The notes: generated by a model not told the origin, from the sequence alone. Counted from the stretch's first letter, positions 1 to 13,907 are shown. The stretch: 64,000 nt of DNA from Chara braunii (GCA_003427395.1 BFEA01000007.1:3850577-3914576); one strand, 5' to 3'. Program-made: numbers and translations.

Positions 1-1330
1 CAATCTTGCAACCCAATTCCAGAAGCGAACTCGAAGTCACTGACCCTGGGAGTCCACGTTAAGATCAAGTACCGGCTATTACTACCTCTCGCAACCTACC
101 CTTCAAGAGATTCAGATAGCGAACAACAGTCCATTTCGAGAGTCATTTAAAGAATCAGTAATCGCGCGTCAGATACAAGCTCAAGCACGGTGCTATCTTT
201 CCTTTTTGTCTTGACCTTGCTAGATGCAGAAAACGAAAACACCTGAGCTGCCAGACAGTGGACTGGAAACACGTTGAAGAACAAGTAAAGCAAAGCCACT
301 AGCCTTGGCCAATATTAATCGCGCTGAGGAGATGACGATGTCAACCACCCAAGAATGCACAGGGCTCTCGCCATCTCACAAGATAAATTGCATACTCCCA
401 CCATCGATACTTGCTCCACACCTCTTGGACTCAGTCACCATGCAGGGAGGGATACCAAAAGACTAGTGGCGCGAGCAGAACGGGGAAAACTAACATAGGC
501 CCCAAGTTCTCAAATCCTCCATCGCCAGCAATTGTAAGCTCGTAGGCCTCTTGTTCGAGAAAGTGGATCTCCCACTAGTTGCACACGTGCCTCTTAGAAG
601 CTTCTCACCTCGGTATCCTGACTCTGCCACAACCTGCAAGTCATCAGCGCTACTCATCATTGCTGCGGCTCATCTCCTCCTCCTTGCATGATGTCTGCGT
701 TCCAGTGCCTGGTCCCAATGACTCATAGCTGCTCTGCAGGACTCGTTGACCCTCACTCTTCTCTGATCATCCAAGAACGTTTGAGTCGATGACTGTAGGC
801 TCCCCCGTGGAAATGACTGCGACGACGATAGTACACGTGTGAAGTGAGCGCTTCTAGACATGCAGCAGTAACTTCAGCCGTTCGACAGCGCGCACACTTG
901 AAGCGTGCCAGTCTTAGTCCCACTCACTTCTGCCCCCACATCATCAATGAAGGGTAATACAGCATCCTCCGAGTTCATACATGTCAACACAGCGACTCAC
1001 TTGGAGCCGCTAATATCGTCAGAGAACGCAAGGGGTGAACAACCCCTTATATCCCCCGACTCCCTTCGCGCATACATAGTATTTCCTCCGGCCTAAACAC
1101 AGGTCATCCTCACTATTCTTAGTTTGTTGTGGGTTAGCGTGCGAGCTTCGCACGGGAGTATGGGGGGCCGTGGTCGGCGTCAAGTATTGCTCATGCCCCA
1201 CTGACTCCTCTCCATCCTCATCCTGCCCTGAGCATACACGCACGCCCCTTTTTTTGGCCGTAGTCGTAACGCACTCTCTGTAACCGCCTAATGACCTTGG
1301 GCCCCTTCATTGACGCGCACCACCCTCTTG

Positions 1331-1882
1331 TCAATTCCGTGGGGCAGAGCTGACCTCCGGGCCCCTTTCCACAGGCTCGGCAGGCGGGTGATCCCTTGGC
1401 CTCGGGTCCAGCCCACGCCGAGACAGAGTCGTGGCCTCCAAATCGCTCTCCTCGCTCTCGGCCTCAGTATCACGATCCAAATGTCGTTCTTCCCGATCCA
1501 CCGTGTCCGTGGATGTCCTCTCGTCCAGGTACGCGACAGTCACCCTCATCTCGTCCGTAACCCCGTCCCGTCTGCACCTCCTTTCTGCCCGGTCTCTTGC
1601 CTCTGTAATAGCCATCTGCAGGCTTGGGTCCTCCCTCATCTCCTCCTCTTTCCCCCCCTCTACGTTTATCCTCAGCTTCGCCTCCCGCCTGCCGTAGCTG
1701 TAGTCCAGCACGGCTGTTACCGTAGGCCCGTCTCCCGACATCCGCTGCCATCTACAGAGGGACTGGATGCATCTTAGCCTATAGCCATACAGTCCACAAC
1801 TCTGTACGATGGCTACAATCTCACGACCAGCAAGGTCTCGGTACTCAGAGCGCGCACACTCAGCCTGCTCCTTCTTCCTCAC
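1331..1882 (-). pseudogene. Probable transposable-element-derived ORF remnant, no recognisable domain
   Basis: 183-aa charged ORF (..RREAKLRINVEGGKEEEMREDPSLQMAITEARDRAERRCRR..) in a decayed, stop-riddled region; no motif recognised. Confidence 0.2.
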
Positions 1883-4177
1883 AAATGCCTAGCCACTTCC
1901 CACTTCGGGATTAGTCCACCAGTCTTTAGCGCGACGGGAGCCCCTGAATGTGTCATTCAAGTTGGCCCCCGAAGATTCATTCGCCCTGTCCTTTATAGGC
2001 TTGCCTCTCATCACGACCGCAACATTCTAAATGACGAATTCAAATAATTAATAAAATAATTAAATCAATTAATCAAAAAAGGGAATTAGGAAAAACGAAG
2101 CTCAACGGCCACGAACCAGATACATTGGGTTACTGTCAGTCACTAACTTTGGTGGTATGACTACAGATCTAAGGCGATGGTCCCATAACGGAATTCCAAC
2201 TTGTCGCCCTTCTTTGTTTAAAACGCGCTATCAGAATTACCCCCAATGGGTACCCACGTCCGATGGCAAGGAGAGGGCTTATGACCCTTCACTGGGGGGG
2301 TGATAAGCCTCCTACCAATGCGGTCGCGGGTTGCCCCTCTTTTGGGGCCGCCGGGCCACACTTGATCGAATCTTCCAGCCATTGGCGCAAAGTGAAAAAC
2401 CAGGTCAATCTAGGCCGCAGACCACAGCCACGCTCGAAATTCGAACCGTTGGCCTTCCCGCGAAGTAACAGAAGGAAAACTTAAGTAAAAGGAATTGGCA
2501 ATAATAATAATAGTAACAAAATAAAGAAAGAACTTCAAAGAAGAGAAATCATAACGCTGCCTCGGTCAGAGGTCACTAGATCGTCCCAGACTAAAGCGAG
2601 GGTCCAGATCTGCGCGCAAGTCCGACACTTGACTTCCTTTTTCTCTTCTTATCCTTTTTTTTTTTTTTTTTTCTTTTTTTTTTACCCCTTTTCTGTTCGA
2701 TTGTGACAGCGAGCCTACATACCCAGCCCATAACCCGTTTAGAGGCCACTTGGCGCGCAATAGAAAAGACCGAGTCGGTCCCTCTACCTTCGCGTCCCTG
2801 GGCGAACCCGACGGCTACCACAACCACAGGCCGGTAGTGCTCTGCTGTACAGGAGGGCGCCGAGCTTGTGTGGACCAATGGAAAGTCCAGTGGCGCACCC
2901 TTTTGCTGAGGGTAGGCGCCGATTGGCCGGTCCATAGCAAGGTATAGCTTGGCAAACCAAGTGGGCCTTGGAGGTTCGGGAACTACCTGACGAGCCGCAG
3001 GTGTCAAAGCGAGGAGCTGGTAATGAGTAGAAATCAGGCACAAAGGAGGGTCGGGACNNNNNNNNNNNNNNNNNNNNNNNNNNNNNNNNNNNNNNNNNNN
3101 NNNNNNNNNNNNNNNNNNNNNNNNNNNNNNNNNNNNNNNNNNNNNNNNNNNNNNNNNNNNNNNNNNNNNNNNNNNNNNNNNNNNNNNNNNNNNNNNNNNN
3201 NNNNNNNNNNNNNNNNNNNNNNNNNNNNNNNNNNNNNNNNNNNNNNNNNNNNNNNNNNNNNNNNNNNNNNNNNNNNNNNNNNNNNNNNNNNNNNNNNNNN
3301 NNNNNNNNNNNNNNNNNNNNNNNNNNNNNNNNNNNNNNNNNNNNNNNNNNNNNNNNNNNNNNNNNNNNNNNNNNNNNNNNNNNNNNNNNNNNNNNNNNNN
3401 NNNNNNNNNNNNNNNNNNNNNNNNNNNNNCACTCAACCCCGCCCCCCGCCCCGCACCCGCAACGCCCCGGTCCCCCCAGTGGTGTGACCCTGGGGGGCTC
3501 CGGGGTGGGGCACAAAAAATATTTTTGGGGCTTAGCCCACGGGGTGCACGTTGACTTTTTTTTTTTCCGGGCGAGGGGGGTCCGGAGCCAGGGTTGGGGG
3601 TGCTCACCCCCGGACCCCCGGACCCCCGCCGGGGCCCCGGGGCCGGGGCTCGACAACCTTGGGTGACCGCTATGGAGGGTCGACCATGCAAGGGAACAAG
3701 GGAGCCTGGTATACTGGGCGCACCTAGATGAAGCATGCGAGGCTGCCTAACTAGGGCGTGAGGGCCGGCAGAGGGTAGAAAAAAAAGTGATGGGTAAGGG
3801 AATCATGCAAATGATTCCTAAGGTGGGGGAAGTCGGAGTTGGATTCATAAGTTGGGAAGTCGAGGCAACGCTATGGTCCCGATGCCTATGCGTATACCAA
3901 GGGAGAACCCAACTCAGAGGAACCCGGCGAAGGGAGACCATCATGCGACACAACCAGGGTACTATACAGGGTAAGGTGGTAAGAGAGTGACGACGTCTGA
4001 AGTAGGCAGAGATGATCGTGATGAAGTCCATTAAGTTGCCGATGACGTCCATGATGAGAAATTTAGAATGTCGTCGAGGAAGAGTCACAAGGTCGACAAG
4101 CTGAAGTGACAAAACTGGAGTGGATGGAGTACTGAGAAGGCAAGGACCGGGGAGATAAGTCAGAGTCAATCGTCGTA

Positions 4178-4720
4178 TCAAGCAGAACGACGACAAGTGC
4201 GTTGTGGAGGCTCATAAGCATCCGACTGCTGCTGAAGGTCTGCCTCAGATGGAGCAGGCTCGGCTTCAGCACGACGAGCACGGTCATAGGCACGCACCAA
4301 CATGCGAGCATGCTGCAAGTGCTCGAGGGACTCCCAAATAGCCTCCTTATCAAGGTAACCCTTCCAACGTACGAGATACTTGACATGGGGAGGGTTGTCG
4401 TTGGTGACTCGGCGACCAATGATGTCTGAAACGAGGAACTCTTTGTGGTTGTTCACCATGATGGGTGGAGGGCGCTCGTATGGTTGTCCAGCGAAACGCT
4501 CAGACGGTCTGCGGTAGGGACGCAGTAACGAGACGTGGTAGGCATCGTGCACACGAGCTTGGCGTAGGTAGTTGGACAGCTTCACACGGAAGCTGACCGG
4601 GCTAGAAGCTGTATCAAAACCGACGGCCTGGAGAATGCAACATGGGCCAAAGAAGCGACGTCGAAACTTGCGAAGCGTGTCCGCTTCGAGCTGTAAGTGG
4701 CGGGCGTCGATAAGCACCAC
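4178..4720 (-). mobile_element. Ty3/gypsy chromovirus pol fragment: integrase C-terminus (GPY/F region) plus chromodomain
   Basis: KFRRRFFGPC..RVHDAYHVSLLRPY..EFLVSDIIGRR..YLVRWKGY..EAIWESLEHL matches the GPY/F plus chromodomain pattern; 5'-truncated at about 4721 by an AT-rich element. Confidence 0.85.
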
Positions 4721-5049
4721 AAGTGGTTATTGGGTACTTGGAATTTCATAGATGAAAATTGTGAAGTGAAAAAATTTGAGTTGTTTTGTTTGTCATAAAA
4801 ATCATGCTTGGATTATGAATTCGGGAGGAGGTCACTGACGTTCATGGTGAAAAGATCTAGTAAAATATTTTATTCATATCTTAAAAAACATGTCTTAAAA
4901 CTTCTTTATTTTTCACCCGCCTAAAAAGTTTTCTGCTTTTCGCCTACCTGAAAGTTTTACACCCACCCTCTTCTTGAAAACTTAATGGGTTTTTCATGAT
5001 TTCGGACCCTTTTGAAATTTTTATGATTCCCCCCCCCCCCCCCCCCCCC

Positions 5050-5920
5050 AATCATGCAAATTATGAACAAACTTGAAGTGGTGAAGATCATGAATGGTAT
5101 GAAAGCACTCTCTCCCTGATGCTTAAAGAACATTATGAAAATCATGAACGGACCGGAAGTGATGAAAATCATGAATGATTTTCACCCGTCTGAAGATCAT
5201 GAATTAACCTGAAGGTGAAGATCATGAATAGTATTAAAGCACCGCCCCCTCTCGTGCATGGAGAGCATCATGAAAATCATGAATGAACCTGAAGTGGTGA
5301 AGATCGTGAATGGTTTAAAAGCATCCCCCCGGGTCACCGAGAGGGTGCTTTCAGACCATTCCTTCATCTTCACCACTTAAGATCGTTCATGATTTTCATT
5401 ATGCATAAAGAGCATCATGAAAATCATGAACGAACCTGAAGTGGTGAAGATCATGAATGATATGAAAGCATGAAAACACTACCCCCCGACCACCGGGGGG
5501 GGTGCTTTCAGACCATTCATGGTCGTCACCACTTCAAGATCGTTCATGATTTTCATGATGTATAGAGAGCATCATGAAAATAATGAACAAACCTGAACTG
5601 ACGAAGATCGTAAGTAGTTTGAAAGCACCGGCCACCGGGGGGTGCTTTCAGACCATTCATGGTCTTCACTACTTTAAGATTATTCATGATTTTCATGATG
5701 CATAAAGAGAATCATGAAAATCATGAATGGACCTGAAGTGTTGAAGATCATGAATGGTATGAAAACACCCCCCCCCCCCACTAGTCACCGGGGGGTTGCT
5801 TTAAGACCAATTATGGTTTTCACCACTTCAAGATCGTTCATGATTTTCATGATGCATAAAGGGCATCATGAAAATCATGAACGAACTAGAAGTCGTGAAG
5901 ATCATGAATGGTATGAAATC
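5050..5920. repeat. Array of about 60-bp units in alternating orientation (serial fold-back palindromes)
   Basis: catcatgaaaatcatgaacgaacctgaagtggtgaagatcatgaatggtatgaaagcacc alternates with its reverse complement, giving four about 140-150-bp palindromes at about 5266, 5413, 5570 and 5712. Confidence 0.9.
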
Positions 5921-5929
5921 ATATTGAAA

Positions 5930-6362
5930 CCAAGCCCTATGGCCACCTGTTTTTTATACATGAACATCCCGAATCATCTTGAAGTGATGTAAGACCTGAA
6001 CACCATGAAATCAGACCCAATGGCCACCTTTTTTAGATACATGAACATCCCGAATCATCCTGAAGTGATGAAGGACGTAAACACCTTGAATCCAGGCACT
6101 ATGGCCACCTGTTTTTGATACTTGAATATCCCGAATCATCCTGAAGTGATGATACCCGAGCATCCCGAATCATCCTAAAGTGGTGAAGGATCTGAACACC
6201 CTGAAACCAGCCCCTATAGCCACCTGTTGTTGATACTTGAGCATCCTGAATCATCTTGAAGTGATGAAGGACCTGAATACCATAAAACCATGTCCTATGG
6301 TCACCTGTTTTTGATACATGAGCATCCCGAATCATCCTGAAGTGATGAAGGACCCGAACACT
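5930..6362 (+). repeat. About 80-bp direct tandem repeat sharing the CTGAAGTGATGAAG core with the adjacent palindromic array
   Basis: atggccacctgtttttgatacatgaacatcccgaatcatcctgaagtgatgaaggacctgaacacc repeated about 5 times. Confidence 0.9.
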
Positions 6363-6500
6363 GTGTGTTTTTTTAACGGGAAACGAGGGAATTAAACTCC
6401 CGTTGAATCCCATTAAATTCAAGAAAATCCCGTTGAATTCCTGTTAAACGCAAAAATGAGCCTCTACCGCGCTTTTCGAAAAAACGGAATTGATGCGAGG

Positions 6501-6560
6501 TGTCGTACCAAATGACCTCACAAGGGTATTTGGCGTGCTTTTTGTAAGTCATGCCAGTGC
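6501..6560 (+). mobile_element. Probable LTR 5' terminus (TGTCG..) related to LTR ends at 32722 and 34756
   Basis: tgtcgtaccaaatgacctcacaagggtatttggcgtgctttttgta resembles the reverse complement of 34710-34756 and 32690-32722. Confidence 0.4.
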
Positions 6561-7513
6561 GACCTCGTCCGAAGTTGACGGCGCACTCGCGGGTGAGAGT
6601 TTAGTCATTGCCCAAGTGAGCAGAGCACGCGAGGTATTGACGGCAAGGAGCAACCATACGCGACCTGGGTGTGCACGACGTCACAGGCCAGCGGGACGTG
6701 CGGCCCCTCGCCCTTGTTACTTTTTTTTTTTCTCGCGTTTGTTTTTATTTTTATTAATTTTATTACTGTACTTTTATTTTTACTGTTATCTTTGACTCGG
6801 TGACCGGGTCCGAGATCGACGCCAGGCACCCGGGTCTGGCTGGGCTACTACTTTGCCGGACACGGGTGGCCGTTACGGCAGTCGAGGACCTTGATCACGC
6901 TCCTCTTTCGACAGGCCCGCTTGGGTTCCGGCGTGTCTTGGATGCTGGTAAAAATTCCTCTGTCTACCCGTCTTGATACTTGGACCGGGGAGTTCAATGT
7001 GCATGCGAGCCAGTGGGTAATTAGCCCAAAAGGAGGAAAGAAACCTTGGTGGCGGGAGTCGCTGAGGGCGCACCGTCCGCCAACCACGGTTTGCTGTAAC
7101 AGGTTTGAGTGCGAGCATGCCCACCGGGGCCCACAAGGTGGTGAATTATGCCTGGGCGAGGCCAAGGGGCACCGGTAAAAGGTTCCCGCAGTGCTGGCCG
7201 CGCGGCCCAAGCCGTCCCAGCAGCAGGCCACTTTGGCCTGCAAAGACCTTATTTAAAGAATTGCTACAGCGGGGCCAGGGGGCACTGGTGGGAGGCTGCC
7301 ACAGTTTTTGCTATACGGCAAGGCTGTCCCAGCGGTTGTTCCATGGGACACCACCCCCACCTCGATCTTCAAAGTTCTCATTTGAATATTTGCTACTACC
7401 GCCAAAATCTTCACCAGGACCCGCGGGGTGGTGGAAGCCTGGGCAACCATGACCAAAGGATACACCGCCCGTTAACCTTAGTCTGCTGCGAAAAGTGAGA
7501 GGGTTGGGTGTTG

Positions 7514-8030
7514 CAGGCCTGTGGGACCAGCAGCTGCGGACCTAGCTCAGTTGGTACACCCGCAAACTGCTGAAAATGGGCCTGTGGGAACTGCTGCGAC
7601 GGGCCTAGCTCAGTAGTACCCCCATGAACTGTTGAACANNNNNNNNNNNNNNNNNNNNNNNNNNNNNNNNNNNNNNNNNNNNNNNNNNNNNNNNNNNNNN
7701 NNNNNNNNNNNNNNNNNNTCAGTAGTACCCCCATGAACTGTTGAACAGGCCTGTGGGACCAGCAGCTGCGGACCCAGCTCAGTTGGTACACCCGCAAACT
7801 GCTGAAAATGGGCTTGTGGGAACCGCTGCGGCGGGCCTAGCTCAGTGGTACCCCCATGAACTGTTGAACAGGCATGTGGGACCAGCACCTGAGGACGTAG
7901 CTCAGACTGGTACACCCACGGACTGTGAAAAATAGGCTTATGGGAACAGCCGCGGGCGGGCCTAGCTCATTTGATACGCCCACACACTGTTGAAATACAG
8001 AACTGAGCTTGAACTCCACTGAAGGTGGGT
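7514..8030 (+). repeat. Tandem array of tRNA-like (A-box) SINE-head units, ending in a unit with a B-box-like motif
   Basis: About 60-bp units each containing CTAGCTCAG(T)TGGTAC; the last unit continues tgttgaaatacagaactgagcttgaactcc, followed by a T-rich tail; spans an N-gap. Confidence 0.65.
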
Positions 8031-8999
8031 AAGTGGGAGCTTGCGCCGCATGCTAAAATACAGCTACTTTTATTTTTATTTTTATTTATTTTTATAACTA
8101 TTTTATATTTTATTTTATTTTATTTTTTTTACTTATATCATGAGGTGGGACTGGGACTTTGCCTCTGCCTCTGGATCCAAGGTGCAGGCGTTGCGGCAAG
8201 GCCGGTGCCCTCCCACTTGCTGCAGCGACAGAACTGCCTGGAAGGCTGAGCAATAGGCCGGGCGCTGCAACACCATCCATTTCGGGCTGATTGATTCAGC
8301 GGAGATCGGCTTCGAGGACCACCGTCCCGCTGCCAGTAGCAACAAACGTATCCTGCGGTGGTTGGGTTAGTACGCAGCGGAGCATCGACCAGGGGCAGGC
8401 CTTGAAGACAGCCAAAGGGAAAAAAAAAAAAAAAAAAAAGGACGAATCTGGACGCGAAATTGCGCCGGGNNNNNNNNNNNNNNNNNNNNNNNNNNNNNNN
8501 NNNNNNNNNNNNNNNNNNNNNNNNNNNNNNNNNNNNNNNNNNNNNNNNNNNNNNNNNNNNNNNNNNNNNNNNNNNNNNNNNNNNNNNNNNNNNNNNNNNN
8601 NNNNNNNNNNNNNNNNNNNNNNNNNNNNNNNNNNNNNNNNNNNNNNNNNNNNNNNNNNNNNNNNNNNNNNNNNNNNNNNNNNNNNNNNNNNNNNNNNNNN
8701 NNNNNNNNNNNNNNNNNNNNNNNNNNNNNNNNNNNNNNNNNNNNNNNNNNNNNNNNNNNNNNNNNNNNNNNNNNNNNNNNNNNNNNNNNNNNNNNNNNNN
8801 NNNNNNNNNNNNNNNNNNNNNNNNNNNNNNNNNNNNNNNNNNNNNNNNNNNNNNNNNNNNNNNNNNNNNNNNNNNNNNNNNNNNNNNGAAGACAGCCAAA
8901 GGGAAAAAAAAAAAGAAAAAAAGGACGAATCTGGACGCGAAATTGCGCCGGGTGCATGACAAAAAGGGAAGAGCGCAGTGACGGGGAGAATGGCTATGG

Positions 9000-9700
9000 C
9001 GGAGGAGATTGTCACAGTCAGCTCGTATCTCTGCGAAAACGAAGGGGGAGAAGGTGTGCACGGGGTTTTTGGGGGCTGACGAGCGTGAATCCGTGGTTAT
9101 TTTCAGTAGTAGATCAGTAGAAGAAGAGCTACTTGAGAAAAGCATTGCGCGGAGATGGCAGAAATGAAGAAGAAGGGAGATGGGAAAATGTGTCCCTCGC
9201 TCGTTTCCGCACGAAATCGGGCGAGGGAGGACTCGAATCGGGGGTTTTCGGGGTGGGCGACCCCGATTCTGAAGTCAGAACTGGTGAAAAGTTAGTAGAA
9301 AAGAACTTGGTTGAGAAAAGTGCTGCGTGAGAGTGTCGTGGAGATAGAGATGGAGGGGAAGGAGCGAGGGAGAGAAAGGGTTTGTTCTCCCGTTTCTCCA
9401 CGGACTTGGGTAAACGAGGGTCAAAGTTGGGGTTTGGCACGCTGGGGAAATCGAATCTGGTGTTAGTTTTAGTGAAAAGTCAAGAGAATGGGTGTTAATA
9501 GACAAAAGCACCGCGCGGAGGAACAAGGGTGATAGAGATGGCGGACTGTGAAACGAAGATCTCACTCGTTTCTTGATGAAATCGAGTGAAAGAAGATGGG
9601 ATTTCGGGGTTTTGGAGTAGGGAAAAGTGAATGGTAGTGGCGGATTCGGACTTAGGATGGCAGTTTCGACGGTATAAGCGTTGAGTGTTGCGCGTGGAGG
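9000..9700 (+). repeat. Degenerate about 180-bp tandem repeat; related inverted copy at about 18020-18200
   Basis: ctcgtttc..gaaatcg..ggggtttt block recurs at about 9021, 9199, 9388 and 9564; 18023-18080 is the reverse complement of the 9560-9620 unit. Confidence 0.55.
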
Positions 9701-11390
9701 AAAAAAAGATCTCAAAGTGGTAATGAATACTTTCGTGTGTTAGCGGAAGATTCACTCTCGAATTGTGCATTCTACTGAGGGGAAGGAACGATCCTTTTCC
9801 TACTTGATACTTTCACTAAGGTAGCAATCCTCAATGGTGATCCTTGTTTTCCTTTTATCTAGATGGGATCACGCTTCTTCTCGGCGAGCTTCGTCGCTCC
9901 CAGTGGTATTCAAGACCTTTGAAACTGGTAGTGTTTGTCGTCCCCGTCGTTGAGATCCCGTTCGTAGCGCTGACGCTCGCCTGCACGCTCACGATTTTCC
10001 TCACGCCTATTGTTATTTATTCCGTTTTGCGGGTTTCATCTTGTCGGCCTAACATGCTAAATCCTGACCGCAATCTCCTCCCATCCCTCGTCTTCATATC
10101 ACTCGTGATCATCTTCCATCTGACTTTGAACGAATCAGGCCAAGCTGAAGGCCAGGTGCGTTCATACACAGGAAGTGCACAACCAAAGAAGGAAGGGAGA
10201 GAAAGTAAAGGAGGAGGAAGTGGGCACATACCTGCTCGAAGTCGGAAGTAGCAGTAAGGCGGGAGGAGTTATGAGAATGCAGTGTATGCCTCCATGATCC
10301 GGCAGAAGATTCATTCAATTTTGCTCGTCCTTTCAATGGGAGTAGAGTGAGGTGAGCCGCTGGTTGGAGACTTACCTGAGGAAGGTGTGCTGCTCATCCT
10401 ATCGAAGGAAGTAGCGTGAGGCGAGTCGTGTGTGGAGGAGGTATGTACCTAGTGGTGATGCGTCTAGCGGAGGACTCGTTCTTATTTTTTCCGCATTTTT
10501 TTTGAGTGGGCACGCACCGGGGCTATTGCGCCCATGCTCAAATAGATGGTTGGGCTTCCCACATTCAAGTTCCTCCTACTTGTGACCGTTGTTGGAATCT
10601 TCTGTCGACCCCAGAGATGACGCCTTATAACTTCAATTAAGCCTGGCCGCGTGAACAGCCAGGTATTGTGGATGTGTTCAGCGATAGCAAGGGAAGGAAA
10701 ATAAGTAGAGAGGGCTGAGATGACGGAGTGAGTGAAGAAGTCGAGGGGGAGCGTGCGTAGAGTAAGGTTAATTGGAAGATAGAGAGAATGGAGGTGAAGC
10801 AACAAAGTAAAAAAGGAAGTCACTTCGTTGGAGATAGGATCAGGTGAAGCGGAAAGAAGTAAGGGTCATGATACTTTCTTTGACCTGAGAAGGTTCACTG
10901 TTGCTGTAACCTGTTGACGACAATGTTTATTTTTTTAGAAATTTCAACAACATTTCCCTACCCCCCACGGGGTCAAAAATGTGCCAAGGGAAAGGAGAGA
11001 CCAAGATAAGCATACTAAGTTTCAAAAATACCAAAAATTAAAAATTTCAAAAAATAAATAAAAAAAATAGAAATAGATAAATAAAGAAATAAACTAGGTT
11101 GTTGGATCGGACATCCCGGATCCCCCTCACCGTCAGGGATGTCCGACCGGATGTCTGGTCGGACGTCGGACCGGACAGGGTATGTCCGACCTAGCGCAAA
11201 AAAAAATAAAAAATAAAAAATAAAGTAAATTATTTTTTTGAAAAAAATCATGAGGCTTCCACCTTGCATTAGGTGTATGCAACCGAATTTTTGGATCATT
11301 TGGGTCAGTAGAATAAATAATAAAAATCTTCAAAGATTATAATCCCCACCTATACCCCTCCTATCCCCACCAAAACCCATCGTACCCCCC

Positions 11391-11890
11391 CCCCCCAAAT
11401 AATATCCCGAAATGCTTTCGGTGTTTTAGTATCGAAAACGCACTTCAGAAGTTCGATGTTTAACTTAGTTGTTTTTCTANCCAAATAATATCCCGAAATG
11501 CTTTCGGTGTTTTAGTATCGAAAACGCACTTCAGAAGTTCGATGTTTAACTTAGTTGTTTTTCTACCATGTAGTATATCATATCTCGAAGTGCTTTCGGT
11601 GTTTCGGTACTGAAAATGCACTTCGGGATTTCGGTGTTTAACTTAGTCGATTTTCTACCATCTAGTATATCCTATCTCAAAGTGTTTTCGGTGTTTCGGT
11701 ACCGAAAACGCACTTCGGAATTTCGGTGTTTAATACATCATATCCCGAAGTGCTTTAGGTATTTTGGTACCAAAAAGGCACTTCGAGATTTTTGTGTTTA
11801 ATATATAATATCTCGAAGTGTTTTCGGTGTTTAATACATCATATCCGAAAGTGCTTTCGGTGTTTCAATACCGAAAATACACTTCGGGTT
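11391..11890 (+). repeat. Tandem repeat (atatcccgaagtgctttcggtgtttcggtaccgaaaacgcacttcgg...)
   Basis: About 6-7 degenerate copies, internally palindromic; the first two copies flank a single N, so one may be an assembly duplication. Confidence 0.8.
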
Positions 11891-11995
11891 AGTTTGGGGG
11901 TTAGTTTTGGCCCAGAGGCTATGAGCGCGGGCCGGGGGGGGTGGGCAGGTGGGGGTTGGTGCGGTCTAAAGTGTGGTCGGAGACAATGTGTGTGG

Positions 11996-12052
<57 letters not shown>

Positions 12053-13840
12053 TGAGAGAACGAAAGAGAGAGAGAGGGCGCCCTCGACGATGAGGTCTTT
12101 GTCTTCCTTCTTCGCAGTACGATCTTCCACCTTCTTCTCCGCACTATCCTCCTCAGCCTTGTGATTGTCATCCTCCTCCACTTCCACGTCAACTTTTTAT
12201 CTTTCATGTGGAGGAAGATGATAATGGGGAGAAGGAGGCGAAGGACGATGACAACGGGGAGGAAGAGCAGGAAGACGACGTGACAATGAGGGAAAGGAGG
12301 AGTAAGAAGACAGCGATGTGGTGGACAAAACAATTTTTTTTATCTTTTAACTTTTATTATTCATACGTTCGGCGCAGAGAGAGAAGGAGAGAGAGAGTGA
12401 GAGAGAGAGAGTAATTTTCCAAAAGGCAAGAGACAAAGCATCCTTTAGCAACGTTAAAAATGAAATTGGATAACAGAATACACAGAATTTTTTTCATATA
12501 AAAATGATGGTTTCTGACCCCGCTTCAGGAATACAAAAAAAATCTAATCATTTTTTCATCATGTGACCACCTATACTACAATCAGTGTAGCATCGTGTTC
12601 GGGTTCAGTGACCGAACCCGAACGTTCGGGACCGAACGTGAACGAGCGCCGAAACTCTCCGAACGAGAACATAAAAATATTAAAAAATAAGAATAATACA
12701 AGTTCTCCAAAATATCTGAAAAAAACATATGTTATGTAAAATAATAATACAAGCAATGTTTGCCTTGGAGGTATGGTCAAATTCGTAACCAAACTCGAGT
12801 TAAAAATCAGAAACCAAAATAATTTTTTTTATTTTTTATTTTTTTTTAATATGTTCGGCCGAACACGTTCGGGTGGCATTCGGCCGAACACCCGAACATA
12901 TTCGGACGTTCGGAAAAGCTCCGAACATGTTCGTTGTGCTACACAGACTACATGTGTATCGCTCTCTCTCTGTCTCTCTCTCTCTTACTCTTTGTGTATA
13001 CATATAAACAATAAAAATGTAATACTTTTGTAATTATGTGACCACCTATGCTACAATTGAACTTAGTGATTATGGAGTTATGAACAATCGCGTCTCTCTC
13101 TCTCTCTGTCTCTCTCGCTCTCTCGCAGTGTCCTGAGACTGAACTTGATTTTCTGTGCAAGTTCTATGACAATCGAAAAAAAAGTCACGAAAGTCGTAGT
13201 ATTTCATCTTTGATAGTCAACCACAGTCTTGCATTGCAAATCATCCACGAGCAGATAAATTCTCAAGAATTCTTTATTAACAGTAAATCGGTCATACCTA
13301 CCATGCATACAGATAACAAGAGCAAGCAAAAACAAGAAACGCATATTAGTTGGTAAAAATATGAAAAACAAAAGTGTCACACACACAGTTCTCTTCCCTC
13401 GCACACAAGTCCACCTCTTTCACTTCAAGTTTTTAGTTTTTCATTGCAACATTGTGTTATGTTATCCTGTCTCACCACTTCCGTTTTCCTATAATTGTAT
13501 CCGTGTATGTTTATTTGCTGGCTTTTCGGCTCTCTGCTTATGCATCTGCCTTTTGGACTCTCTACTTATGCATCTGCCTTCTCGGCTATCTGTCCGTGCA
13601 TCTGCCTTCTCAACTCTCTGCCCGTGCACATCAACAACCGAGATGGTGACTCTGTTGTAGTAAGTCTTGTCGGAATGAGGTAAAGAGGATTGATGGGAGG
13701 TTTCTGAGTCGTTTTCTGAATTTTGCCTGTTTTTGAATTTCGTCGTAGTAATTCTCTAAGTAGCTCAATTTTTTCTTAGCCGAAGTCGGGTAATGACCCC
13801 GGTATCTCAAACTTACAAAATTCTATGTAAATTTTCATAT

Positions 13841-13907
13841 GGGACGTTGGACCCGGTTCCTGGTACCTGCTGCTTCCCAAGAATAGATTGGAGCCTTGTT
13901 CCCTTTA

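Noticed and set aside
2591-3736. Long ORFs spanning N-gaps (also 8138-9145 and 39142-39658)
   Set aside because: Open only because of N runs and microsatellites
7514-8030. Functional tRNA gene cluster or CRISPR array
   Set aside because: No complete cloverleaf, most units lack the T arm, and there are no unique spacers
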